DNA from: Flavobacteriales bacterium | Lineage (GTDB): Bacteria; Bacteroidota; Bacteroidia; NS11-12g; UBA955 | Reading direction: 5' to 3' | Assembly: GCA_947457565.1 (NCBI GenBank) | Contig: CANGWH010000003.1 | Coordinates: forward strand, 1,764-65,763 | Length of the DNA: 64,000 nucleotides | Shown: positions 47,997 to 57,652 of the stretch, in pieces | Position numbering within the stretch: the stretch's first letter is position 1 | Layout: the number at the start of each line of letters is the position of its first letter | Translations under genes and position numbers: made by a program | The notes under the pieces: model-generated | Told to the model about the DNA's origin: nothing | The model's input: the letters and a program-made list of their open reading frames with translations, nothing else | Databases searched by the model: none

Positions 47997-50900
47997 TTAT
48001 TTTCCTGGGTTCGGCGCCAAATGTGGTTGAGTATATGGCTTACCTGTAGTTGCACTAGGTTTTATTGGTAATTTAGTACTTCCGGCTTTCAAATATTTGA
48101 TTTTACCGCTACCATCTTTACTCAAAACTTGCATTTTCCCCATCCCTAACGCTTCAAGTTTAGGTTGAATAACTTCTAGGTCACCTGCCGCCACAACCAT
48201 TAATTGGTCGGTTTTAAATTGCGTAGCAGCCAAATCGTTCAATTCTTTTAACGTTATATTTTGAATAATTTTGGTGCGTTCATTGGCAACTTTCTCATCT
48301 AATCCTCTGCTAGCCAAGTTTGCAAGATAACCAGCTTTTTGACCAATGGACTCATAGCCAAGAGCTTCAGATGCTAACAAAGCACTTTTAGTGAATTTGA
48401 ACTCGTCTTCTGACATTCCGTTGTTTTTGTATCGCAAAACATGATCAATTACCTCGATTACAGCACTATCGGTAGCGCGTTTCAGCACTCCAGCACTAAT
48501 GGAATAATATCCATCCAAGCTTTTGTACGATGGGGCAAAACCACCACGTATGCCATAGGTCCATCCTTTATCCTCGCGAATATCGAGATTCAATCTTGAG
48601 TTGAAGTTCCCAGCTAATGCGAAGTTCATAATACTACTTTTATAAAAATTACCTGTTGCGTCATAAGGCATTGATTTAAATCCAATGTATAAATCTGTTT
48701 GATCAGCATCAGGATAGTCAACACCAAACAATTGAGGTGTTTGAACCGATGGTGCAATTTGAGGCAGGGCTGGTTTTATTGCCTCATTGGCTTTCCATGA
48801 TTCTAAAAAGGCAAATTTTTCTTTGAATTGTTGCTGAGTAAATGGACCTATAGCTATCACCTTGGTTAGGTTCGGCACATAGTTATTATAATATTTCTTG
48901 CATAAATCTAATGATACTTTATCATAATCTGCTTCGGTTTCTGTTCTGCCAAATACATTCTCTCCAAAGACAACTTTTCTCCAAGCATTATTTGCACCCG
49001 CGGAACGATTTCTAAGTGAATTTTGGGCATCCTGTTTAACACGTTTTTTATGCTTTTTAAATTCAGCTTCATCCCATCGAGGTTTAAACATCATTTCCTG
49101 CAACAAAGCAATAGTGGCATCCAATTTATCTGCTTCACACGAAAGTGTAATATTAGTAGATGAAGATCCGCTATTAAAACTTACGCCACTGCCTAACTTT
49201 TCGAATTCCTTCTCCAACTCTGCAGGAGTTTTAGAGGCTGTTCCGAAATTCATCATATCAGCAGTAATTTCCGAAGTACCATAAGGGAAATTCTTACCAT
49301 CTTCGAGTAATTGTCCCCCCTCAATACCTATAGAAACAATAACGCGAGGAGTTTCATTGAAATACGTAGACCATAATTCTAAACCATTGGATAATTTTTG
49401 TTTTTCAATTACCGGTATGGTTGTGTTTTTGAAATCTTTCACTTCGGGTTTCTTGCTACGATCAAAATTATCAGCAACTGAACGAACCTTTAAGCTATTA
49501 TACTCTGCTTCTACTAATTTTCCAGCTTTAAAATCGGCATTTGGATTAACACTAACGTATTTTCTTTTCGTAGATTCCTCTTCCGTTGTTTCTTCATTCT
49601 GTTCAGGCATGATAATTACAGTAGATGAATTCTTACCTTTAATGTAGGTGTTGTAAACTCTCATAATATCGGCCTTTGTTACATTGTTATAACGATCGTA
49701 TTCGTCCTGTAAGTTAATTGACTTGCCATTAGCATTTTTTGCATCTAAATACCAAAAATTGCTAATTAAATTGGCTTTATTACTTACATCTTCAAGTCCA
49801 TTTGAGAACCCACCTAAAATATTTGACTTAGCGCGTGACAAATCGTCATCTGAAAATCCAACAATTCCAAAAGAATCAATGGCTTGGTTTAACATTTTTT
49901 GCAATTGTGGAACATCGCTCCAAGGATAACCTTGAATGGCGAAGGAAAACTCCCCTGCCAACTCGTGATTGATTGAACTCAATGGGTTGTTAGTTGCACT
50001 TGCTCCCAAGGCCCATTCAGGATCCATAAATTTCTTGTATAATATTGAGCTTCTTGTCCCACCCATTAAATAACTTAACATATCCAACGCAGCTTCGTCT
50101 TGATGCGCTACAGGAACACCAACAAAAGTTTGATAAACCAATGGAACAAACGCATTTGGATCTGAAAAAGTAGCGTATTTATTTTCTTTCAAATTAACTC
50201 GGCTAACCAATTGTTTTTTTACTTCAGGGCCTTTTTCAATTCCACCAAAATATTTACCAACCCACTCTACCGCTTCAGCGGTATTTACGTCACCAACCAG
50301 AATAATAGCGGCATTGTTGGGTCCATACCAACGCAAGAAGAAATTACGTAAATCGCTACTATCAGCGCGATCTAAATCATCTACATAACCAATAGTAGAC
50401 CAACTGTAGGGATGTTCTTTGGGATAAAGCTCTTGATCCTTAACTTCCATTAAAAATCCATAGGGAACATTATATCGTTCATCTTTTTCATTTTTCACAG
50501 TACTGCGCTGATTTTCGAATTTCTTTTTTGTAAATGCTTCTAAAAAGAATCCCATTCTATCAGCTTCCATCCATAATGCCGTTTCTGTAAAATTACTTGG
50601 AAATGTTTCAATGTAAACCGTTCTATCCCTGGTTGTATTGCCGTTAACATCACCACCGTACTGTTTAATGATTTTGAAATGCTCTTCATCGGCGATATGC
50701 TTTGATCCTTGAAATAACATATGCTCAAAAAAGTGCGCAAAACCAGATTTTCCTCTAGTCTCGCGAGCAGATCCAACATGATATGTAACATTAAGATGCA
50801 CTACAGGATCGCTATGATCCTCGCTTACAATCAGTGTTAATCCATTGGGATAAACAAACTTTTTAAAAGGAATGATTAATTTACCTGGTTGGGCATCAAC

Positions 50901-51005
50901 GGTTTCTACCAAAACAGCAGAACTTTGCTGATTGGTAGATGTTTGAGCAAGAGCAGTTGCTACAAACCCAATTGAAGTCAAATACATCAAAACGAGTTTT
51001 CTCAT
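47997..51005 (-). CDS. M16 family zinc protease (pitrilysin/PqqL-like, fused halves)
   Basis: SGFAHFFEHMLFQGS (HxxEH), signal peptide, SRLNLDIREDKGWTYG; ATG at 51005 follows a TAGATTTG promoter element. Confidence 0.92.
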   Translation of the reverse strand: MRKLVLMYLTSIGFVATALAQTSTNQQSSAVLVETVDAQPGKLIIPFKKFVYPNGLTLIVSEDHSDPVVHLNVTYHVGSARETRGKSGFAHFFEHMLFQGSKHIADEEHFKIIKQYGGDVNGNTTRDRTVYIETFPSNFTETALWMEADRMGFFLEAFTKKKFENQRSTVKNEKDERYNVPYGFLMEVKDQELYPKEHPYSWSTIGYVDDLDRADSSDLRNFFLRWYGPNNAAIILVGDVNTAEAVEWVGKYFGGIEKGPEVKKQLVSRVNLKENKYATFSDPNAFVPLVYQTFVGVPVAHQDEAALDMLSYLMGGTRSSILYKKFMDPEWALGASATNNPLSSINHELAGEFSFAIQGYPWSDVPQLQKMLNQAIDSFGIVGFSDDDLSRAKSNILGGFSNGLEDVSNKANLISNFWYLDAKNANGKSINLQDEYDRYNNVTKADIMRVYNTYIKGKNSSTVIIMPEQNEETTEEESTKRKYVSVNPNADFKAGKLVEAEYNSLKVRSVADNFDRSKKPEVKDFKNTTIPVIEKQKLSNGLELWSTYFNETPRVIVSIGIEGGQLLEDGKNFPYGTSEITADMMNFGTASKTPAELEKEFEKLGSGVSFNSGSSSTNITLSCEADKLDATIALLQEMMFKPRWDEAEFKKHKKRVKQDAQNSLRNRSAGANNAWRKVVFGENVFGRTETEADYDKVSLDLCKKYYNNYVPNLTKVIAIGPFTQQQFKEKFAFLESWKANEAIKPALPQIAPSVQTPQLFGVDYPDADQTDLYIGFKSMPYDATGNFYKSSIMNFALAGNFNSRLNLDIREDKGWTYGIRGGFAPSYKSLDGYYSISAGVLKRATDSAVIEVIDHVLRYKNNGMSEDEFKFTKSALLASEALGYESIGQKAGYLANLASRGLDEKVANERTKIIQNITLKELNDLAATQFKTDQLMVVAAGDLEVIQPKLEALGMGKMQVLSKDGSGKIKYLKAGSTKLPIKPSATTGKPYTQPHLAPNPGK

Positions 51006-51258
51006 AAACTGCAAATCTAAGGATTTTTAATATTTGCCAACGTTACAAATGCATTCCCGTCAAGTAATTCGATAAATGTTTGTATTTGTTAGATTATTGA
51101 TTAGATATTGAAAATTAACATTGCTGATTTGATGATGATTTAAATCAAAATGAGTCGTATATTGTTACAACTAAACAAAGACATCAAACTACTTTTTATT
51201 TTTATGTCTGCTTTTGATATAAATGTTATAATTTACAAATAGTTAATACCTAAAAATT

Positions 51259-53913
51259 ATGAAAGCACTATTCCGTTTTATATTCATAACCTTATCGATC
51301 TTAATTATCGATAATATTATTTCTAATTCGAATGGACCAGGGGGTGGATATTCTGGCGCACCTTCCGAAAATAATTGCACCAATTGCCATGGGACGTTTT
51401 CCCTGCAAACTAGTGGGGTAAATTTCAATAAAATTCGACTTGATATACCTATGACCGGAGGTGGATATATTCCGGATAGTACGTATTTGATAAAAATTTC
51501 ATACAAAGAAACCGGCAAAACTGTTTTTGGATTTCAAGTAACTGCATTGGATTCAAAAAACAATGAAGCTGCTGGTACGTTTACCGCCAATGATTCTAGA
51601 ACCCAAACCGGTAATTATACAATCGCTAGCAAAACAAGGTATTATGCAGAGCATACGAGTTCAGGCACATCCGCTGTTGTAACAGATTCTGTAGCTTGGT
51701 TTGTTAAATGGAAGGCACCCAATAAAAATGTTGGTACCGTGCGGTTTCACCTTAATTTAAATGTAGCGAATGCAAATGGTAGTACATCTGGCGACTATAT
51801 TTATAAAAAATCATTTGATTTTCAACCATCAAGTCTATTGCCTAAAGCAACCGCATCAATCAAAGATTCCATTATCTGTAGTGGTAAATCCATCCAATTC
51901 CAAGGCACAGGTACTCAATCACCCACTTCCTATCAGTGGTCTTTCCCAAGCGGATCTGTGACCAGCTCTACCCTTCAAAATCCAACTGTTTCTTATACCA
52001 ATGCAGGAAATTATATTGCTATTCTAACTGTCAAGAACAACAAAGGTCAATCATTGCCAGATACTCTTCGATTCAAAGTTGTACAAGGCGCAGTAAAACC
52101 AACAATTAATGTTACGGGCGCAGTGAGTATTTGCTCTGGGGACTCAATACGACTTAATGCTAACAATATAACTGGACATACATTGAGTTGGATGCCCGTT
52201 AATAACAAAAAAAATAGTTTGTTTGTTAAGGATTCTGGAACCTATTTCGCTGTAAGTACTAATTCATTAGGCTGCACACGTAATAGCGACAACGTTAGCG
52301 TGAAAGTGATTCAAAAACCGATTGCGGTAGTAACTCCTTTAGATGGTATTGATGTTTATTGTTTAAATTCCTCGGTGCCATTGAAAGTAACTGGTAAATC
52401 CACTAAAATTGATTCTTTCTCGGTAACAAGTGCATCTACTGGTTTCACCACGGACAGTAACTTTGTTAAAAAAGCGGCTGTTTTGGGTACTATTTCTTTC
52501 AACGCCTGGGTAAAAGCTTCAAATGGGTGTGTTTCAGCGCCCGGAAAAGTAAGCGTTACTGTTCAAGATTCATTTGATGGTCCTTCCGTGACAGTAGTTG
52601 ACACTCAATTAACTAGTGCTACGTTTTCATGGAATCATTCAATTGGAAGTAAATATAATTACAGCACTAATTTAGGTTCTTCTTGGAATCTCCCAACTGA
52701 TTCTGACTCCTCCAGTAGCGAAACCATTAAAACACCTATGGCGAATTATGATATAGACTTTTGGCTTAAATCGTTAAGTAATCACGTATGTAGAGAAAGT
52801 AAAATTTCAAAAGTTAGCCTAACTACTTTATCATGTAATCCCATTAACTTTTCGGTTACGGCCATGCCAAAATCTTTGTCTTGTGCAGATTCAATATTGA
52901 ATTTGAAACTAAATACAACATTATCCGATTTTAAATGGGCCATCGACTTTGATGCGGTTGAGAATGTGACTTCTTACAACTATAAATTAAATTCAGGCAA
53001 CAATACAATTGTTTTAGCCCTAATGAACAATAAAGAACCCATTTGCGGATATACAGTAAAACAAATACAATGGAACGCGGACGCTATTCCAACAATTAAT
53101 TGGACTAATTCTGACCTATCCAAGAAGTATTGTAGGGGTAATTCATCCGATACGATTCAACTTCCAATCAAATTCAATGCAACAGGGGCTTGGAAATCGG
53201 TTATAGTGAAAAATAGTTTGTTCAATCAGATTTTATCTAATGGCAACAATTCAACTTTGGCTGTTGTAAGTCAAGGTGAACCCAACATTACCTACACAGT
53301 TACTACTGATTCTGGTTGTTTATTTTCTGACACCGCAATAAAGACAAAAATTCAAGGATTGCCATCGGCCGATTTTTCAATTTCTAATTCATCGGGTTAT
53401 CAATATAAATTTGAAGCTACCAATAATGATCTGTTATCTTACCAGTGGAATGTTGCCGATTCAAGTTCTAAACAGAATCCTATTAGTTTAGATTTATACA
53501 ACTATCGTGGTAATAAAATTTCCGTTAAATTGGATGTTTTGGGAGATGGAAACGGTTGTACAAACAGTAAAACTGATAGCCTTGTAGTTTCATTAACAAA
53601 TAATAAAAATTTCAATAATCTTTCACAATTACTGGTTTATCCCAATCCTGTGACTTCCGGTAATGCGATTTTAATTGATGGAATAATTATGTCCTCAAAA
53701 CTAAATCAGGACCAATTGAGGGGTTTGATTTTAGATCAATCTGGCAAATTCGTTTATAATACAGAGCTTGAACAAATTGACAAGAATAAATGGAAAATTG
53801 AAACCGGTGAATTGAGTTCTGGTCTATACTTTTTACAAATTCAACTTTGCGAACGAAATTCATCGGCCACAACTTCAATAACAAAGCCTTTTGTTGTTGA
53901 GAAGGCCCGTTAA
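51259..53913 (+). CDS. T9SS-secreted protein with Reeler-like (choice-of-anchor V-type) N-terminal domain, CxxCH motif and PKD/Ig-like domains
   Basis: SGAPSENNCTNCHG, GFQVTAL, WKAP, NANGSTSGD; PKD YQWSFPSG; C-terminal VYPNP...SGLYFLQI..KPFVV. Confidence 0.75.
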   Translation: MKALFRFIFITLSILIIDNIISNSNGPGGGYSGAPSENNCTNCHGTFSLQTSGVNFNKIRLDIPMTGGGYIPDSTYLIKISYKETGKTVFGFQVTALDSKNNEAAGTFTANDSRTQTGNYTIASKTRYYAEHTSSGTSAVVTDSVAWFVKWKAPNKNVGTVRFHLNLNVANANGSTSGDYIYKKSFDFQPSSLLPKATASIKDSIICSGKSIQFQGTGTQSPTSYQWSFPSGSVTSSTLQNPTVSYTNAGNYIAILTVKNNKGQSLPDTLRFKVVQGAVKPTINVTGAVSICSGDSIRLNANNITGHTLSWMPVNNKKNSLFVKDSGTYFAVSTNSLGCTRNSDNVSVKVIQKPIAVVTPLDGIDVYCLNSSVPLKVTGKSTKIDSFSVTSASTGFTTDSNFVKKAAVLGTISFNAWVKASNGCVSAPGKVSVTVQDSFDGPSVTVVDTQLTSATFSWNHSIGSKYNYSTNLGSSWNLPTDSDSSSSETIKTPMANYDIDFWLKSLSNHVCRESKISKVSLTTLSCNPINFSVTAMPKSLSCADSILNLKLNTTLSDFKWAIDFDAVENVTSYNYKLNSGNNTIVLALMNNKEPICGYTVKQIQWNADAIPTINWTNSDLSKKYCRGNSSDTIQLPIKFNATGAWKSVIVKNSLFNQILSNGNNSTLAVVSQGEPNITYTVTTDSGCLFSDTAIKTKIQGLPSADFSISNSSGYQYKFEATNNDLLSYQWNVADSSSKQNPISLDLYNYRGNKISVKLDVLGDGNGCTNSKTDSLVVSLTNNKNFNNLSQLLVYPNPVTSGNAILIDGIIMSSKLNQDQLRGLILDQSGKFVYNTELEQIDKNKWKIETGELSSGLYFLQIQLCERNSSATTSITKPFVVEKAR

Positions 53914-53962
53914 TTAAGTATGCTCTTTATTTGAAACGGATAACATTTATTCTGAATGAATG

Positions 53963-56767
53963 TTATCCGTTGAGTTTATCCTTTAGATACTTTCCAGTAA
54001 TGCTGTCTTTACATTTGATTAAATCTTCTGGGATTCCTTCAAATACAAGTGTCCCACCTTTACTCCCTGCTTCAGGGCCTAAATCAATTATCCAATCCGC
54101 GCACTTTACAACGTCTAAATTATGTTCAATAACTAGAAGTGTATTGCCTTTTTTTACTAAGGCCTGAAAAGAATTCATTAGTTTATTTATGTCGTGAAAA
54201 TGCAACCCAGTTGTAGGTTCGTCAAAAATAAACAAGGTGTGTTTCTCCTTAAATGGACTGGCTTTGCTTAAGTAAAAAGCCAATTTTACTCGCTGAGCTT
54301 CGCCGCCGCTTAATGTATTGCTGCCTTGTCCTAGTTTAACATAACCCAATCCAACATCTTGCAATGGTCTTAGTCGATCAGCAATGGAATTTGATTTCTC
54401 AAAAAATTCCATGGCCTCATCTACTGTCATTTCTAATACTTGGAAAATATTTTTACCATTATATTCAACTTCCAATATCTCTTTTTTATACCGTTGACCA
54501 TGACATGATTCGCAGGGTAGTTTGATGTCTGCCATGAATTGCATTTCAATTATGGTCTCACCTTCGCCGCTACATTGGTCGCACCTGCCACCATCCACGT
54601 TGAAACTAAAATGAGAACTTTTAAAACCATTAAATTTGGATGCTGGAGTATTGGCAAATAACTCTCTAATATCATCAAAAGCCTTGACGTAGGTAACAGG
54701 ATTAGATCTACTACTCTTCCCTATCGGGTTTTGGTCAATTAATTCTATTGCATGAATATGTTCTATGGGGCCACTTATTTTTCTGTGTTTCCCAGTTTTA
54801 ACGGTAACGAGCTGGCCTAACTGTCGGGCAAGAGCAGGGTATAAAACTTGCTTTATTAAAGTTGTTTTTCCAGAGCCAGAAACACCAGTTATCGCGGTTA
54901 ATGCCTCTAAAGGAAATTTACATGTAACGTCTTTTAAATTATTTTCACACGCCTCTTCAATTTGAAGAAAATGCACTCCTTTTCTTCGATTATTTGGTAT
55001 AGGAATAACTAATTCGTTCTTAAGATATTTGGCGGTTAAACTGGAATTATCTTGCAGTAATTCTTTGTAACTACCTGAAAACATTACATTTCCCCCTAAT
55101 GATCCAGCTTCAGGGCCGATATCAATTATAGAATCGGCTGCTCTCATTACGTCTTCATCATGTTCTACAACAACTACTGTATTGCCTTCAGCTTTAAGCT
55201 CTTGAAGAACACCAATTAATCGATCGGTATCGTGAGAATGAAGTCCAATACTAGGTTCATCAAGGATGTACATACTACCAGTTAGATTACTTCCTAGAGA
55301 AGTTGCTAGGTTAATTCGCTGACTTTCCCCTCCACTTAGAGAATTGCTCAATCGGTTTAATGAAAGATATCCCAATCCAACATTATATAAAAATCGAAGT
55401 CGATTTTTAATCTCATCGATTATTCTTGCAGCAATTGTTTGATCAGTAAGATTGAGTTTTAAATGGCTAAAATACTTCTGTGATTCTTCAACCGTCATTA
55501 GAAGCAATTCCTGAACACTTAATTGAGGCGGTATTTCATCGTTACCAATATGAATTATTTTTACAAATCCAGCTTCCTTTCTAAGTCGAGTACCTAAACA
55601 ATCGGGGCAAGTTGTTTTACCTCGATAACGCGCCGCCAAAACTCTGAATTGTATTTTATAGGATTTTTCTTCTACGTATTTAAAAAAATCGTTAATTCCA
55701 GGGAGTTGAGAATTTCCTTTCCACAACAATTCTTTTTGTTGGACGGTTAAGTCTCTGTAGGCACGATGGATTGGAAATTCTATTTTGCTCGCTAATCGGA
55801 TAAAATCATTTCTCCATTCACCCAATGTTTCTCCTTTCCAAGGGGCTACTGCACCGTCATATATACTTAAAGAAGTATCCGGAATTACAAGATCGTGATC
55901 GATGCCCATAACACTTCCAAAACCTTCGCACCGTTTACAAGCACCATGGGGATTATTAAAACTTAAAAAGTCTTTAGTTGGAATTTCAAATTTGATTCCA
56001 TCCAATTCAAATCGATTATTGAATTCTACCGATACATCATTATCAACATCTATAATGACACAGTTGCCATTCCCTTCCCAAAAAGCTGATTCCGTTGCAT
56101 CAAATAATCTTGATTGAAACTCATCGTCATCCAAATCGATTTTTAAACGATCGATTAAAATGTTGATACTCCCGGATAACGAAAGTTCATTTTCTAATGC
56201 ATTTTGCAGTGAGATGATTTCCTTATTTATCCAAACCCTGCTAAATCCTTTTTGCAACAATATATTTATATCCGTAGATTCTAGCGAATCTTGTTCCAAT
56301 GGTGCCAAAATAAGAATGCGTTTTCCTTGATTTTCCTTGGACCATACAAATACATCTTCTGTAGTCTCTCTTTTAACCTCTCTACCTGAAATTGGTGAAA
56401 TAGTGTGTCCAGCTCTGCTAAAAAGCAACTTTATATAATCGTATATTTCCGTTGAAGTAGCAACTGTACTTCTAGGATTTCGAGTATTTACTTTCTGTTC
56501 AATGGCTACCGCTGGGCATAATCCATGTATGTCGTCTACCGCAGGCTTTTTCATCCTACCCATAAATTGTCGAGCATAACTGCTTAGACTTTCAACATAT
56601 CTGCGTTGACCTTCTGCAAACAACGTATCAAATACTAAACTTGATTTTCCACTACCTGAAACACCTGTTACAACGGTAAATGACTCTTGAGGTATTTCAA
56701 CGGTTATGTTTTTTAAATTATGCTGATGGGCGTTAACTATTCTGATTGAACTAATTTTTTTGGACAC
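53963..56767 (-). CDS. uvrA: Excinuclease ABC subunit A
   Basis: Two Walker A motifs GVSGSGKS/T, two LSGGE signatures, LDEPS/FDEPT, Zn-finger CxxC pairs. Confidence 0.95.
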   Translation of the reverse strand: MSKKISSIRIVNAHQHNLKNITVEIPQESFTVVTGVSGSGKSSLVFDTLFAEGQRRYVESLSSYARQFMGRMKKPAVDDIHGLCPAVAIEQKVNTRNPRSTVATSTEIYDYIKLLFSRAGHTISPISGREVKRETTEDVFVWSKENQGKRILILAPLEQDSLESTDINILLQKGFSRVWINKEIISLQNALENELSLSGSINILIDRLKIDLDDDEFQSRLFDATESAFWEGNGNCVIIDVDNDVSVEFNNRFELDGIKFEIPTKDFLSFNNPHGACKRCEGFGSVMGIDHDLVIPDTSLSIYDGAVAPWKGETLGEWRNDFIRLASKIEFPIHRAYRDLTVQQKELLWKGNSQLPGINDFFKYVEEKSYKIQFRVLAARYRGKTTCPDCLGTRLRKEAGFVKIIHIGNDEIPPQLSVQELLLMTVEESQKYFSHLKLNLTDQTIAARIIDEIKNRLRFLYNVGLGYLSLNRLSNSLSGGESQRINLATSLGSNLTGSMYILDEPSIGLHSHDTDRLIGVLQELKAEGNTVVVVEHDEDVMRAADSIIDIGPEAGSLGGNVMFSGSYKELLQDNSSLTAKYLKNELVIPIPNNRRKGVHFLQIEEACENNLKDVTCKFPLEALTAITGVSGSGKTTLIKQVLYPALARQLGQLVTVKTGKHRKISGPIEHIHAIELIDQNPIGKSSRSNPVTYVKAFDDIRELFANTPASKFNGFKSSHFSFNVDGGRCDQCSGEGETIIEMQFMADIKLPCESCHGQRYKKEILEVEYNGKNIFQVLEMTVDEAMEFFEKSNSIADRLRPLQDVGLGYVKLGQGSNTLSGGEAQRVKLAFYLSKASPFKEKHTLFIFDEPTTGLHFHDINKLMNSFQALVKKGNTLLVIEHNLDVVKCADWIIDLGPEAGSKGGTLVFEGIPEDLIKCKDSITGKYLKDKLNG

Positions 56768-56785
56768 AATAAAAGGATTCTATGA

Positions 56786-57643
56786 TTAACGAATAGTATC
56801 TCTAAGTACAGAAGCTCCAGCACAAATACCTCTTCCTCCAATTACATTGGAAAAAATTGGTTGTGGTTCAGGGAAAATTGAAGTATTGTTTTCATAAGCA
56901 TCAACCGATTGGAAATACTGATAATATTCGGCACTTAAACTCTTGATCTCAACCAAATACTTGTATTGAGTACCTGCGCTTGCATACTCGGTATTGAATG
57001 AAATCTGTTTAGTCTTGCCGTTGAAACTTTTATCCGATAGCAATAATCCGCCTAAATCAGTAACAATGGAATTTTCGCTTATTTCGGGGTCATTGGATAC
57101 AGGCGTGAATTGAAACCAGTCGGCTAAAAAATCATTGTATCTATATAAACTTACTTCGTAATAATTTCTAGTATTACCATCATCATTTATGTAACATGTT
57201 ATAGTACCAGTGGGATTTCCATTAGCGTCCAAACCGGTATTGTCTTGCCATTTACTAGGCAAACTAATAGGATTTGATGGCATAATAAATTCGCCTTGAG
57301 CTGCACCATATTTGGGGTGTTCTACTAAAATTATGTATTTCTCACCTGCTTTAGGAATTACTGAACCAACATATTTATTTGCAACGAATGAATACGACAT
57401 GGGTACTGATTTACCTTGCATATCTATGAAATTCACTTTACAATTCAATAATGGTTTTGGCGGTGTAGAATCATCAATTGGAACCGTATTAGAAACAGCG
57501 ACTCCTGCATTTTCGATATTTGTAACTAGCGCATTTAAGACTAATTTTTCTTCAAATCGAATTTGACCCATATCTAAGTCTTGGGTACATCCGGAAAATA
57601 TAAAAGAACCTAAAGCAATGTAAATTAATTGATTGAATTTCAT
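56786..57643 (-). CDS. DUF4249-like lipoprotein, partner of the adjacent TonB-dependent receptor
   Basis: Lipobox FSGC; LSDKSFNG, SAEYYQY, SNVIGGRGI motifs. Confidence 0.75.
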   Translation of the reverse strand: MKFNQLIYIALGSFIFSGCTQDLDMGQIRFEEKLVLNALVTNIENAGVAVSNTVPIDDSTPPKPLLNCKVNFIDMQGKSVPMSYSFVANKYVGSVIPKAGEKYIILVEHPKYGAAQGEFIMPSNPISLPSKWQDNTGLDANGNPTGTITCYINDDGNTRNYYEVSLYRYNDFLADWFQFTPVSNDPEISENSIVTDLGGLLLSDKSFNGKTKQISFNTEYASAGTQYKYLVEIKSLSAEYYQYFQSVDAYENNTSIFPEPQPIFSNVIGGRGICAGASVLRDTIR

Positions 57644-57652
57644 CTTGGTGTT

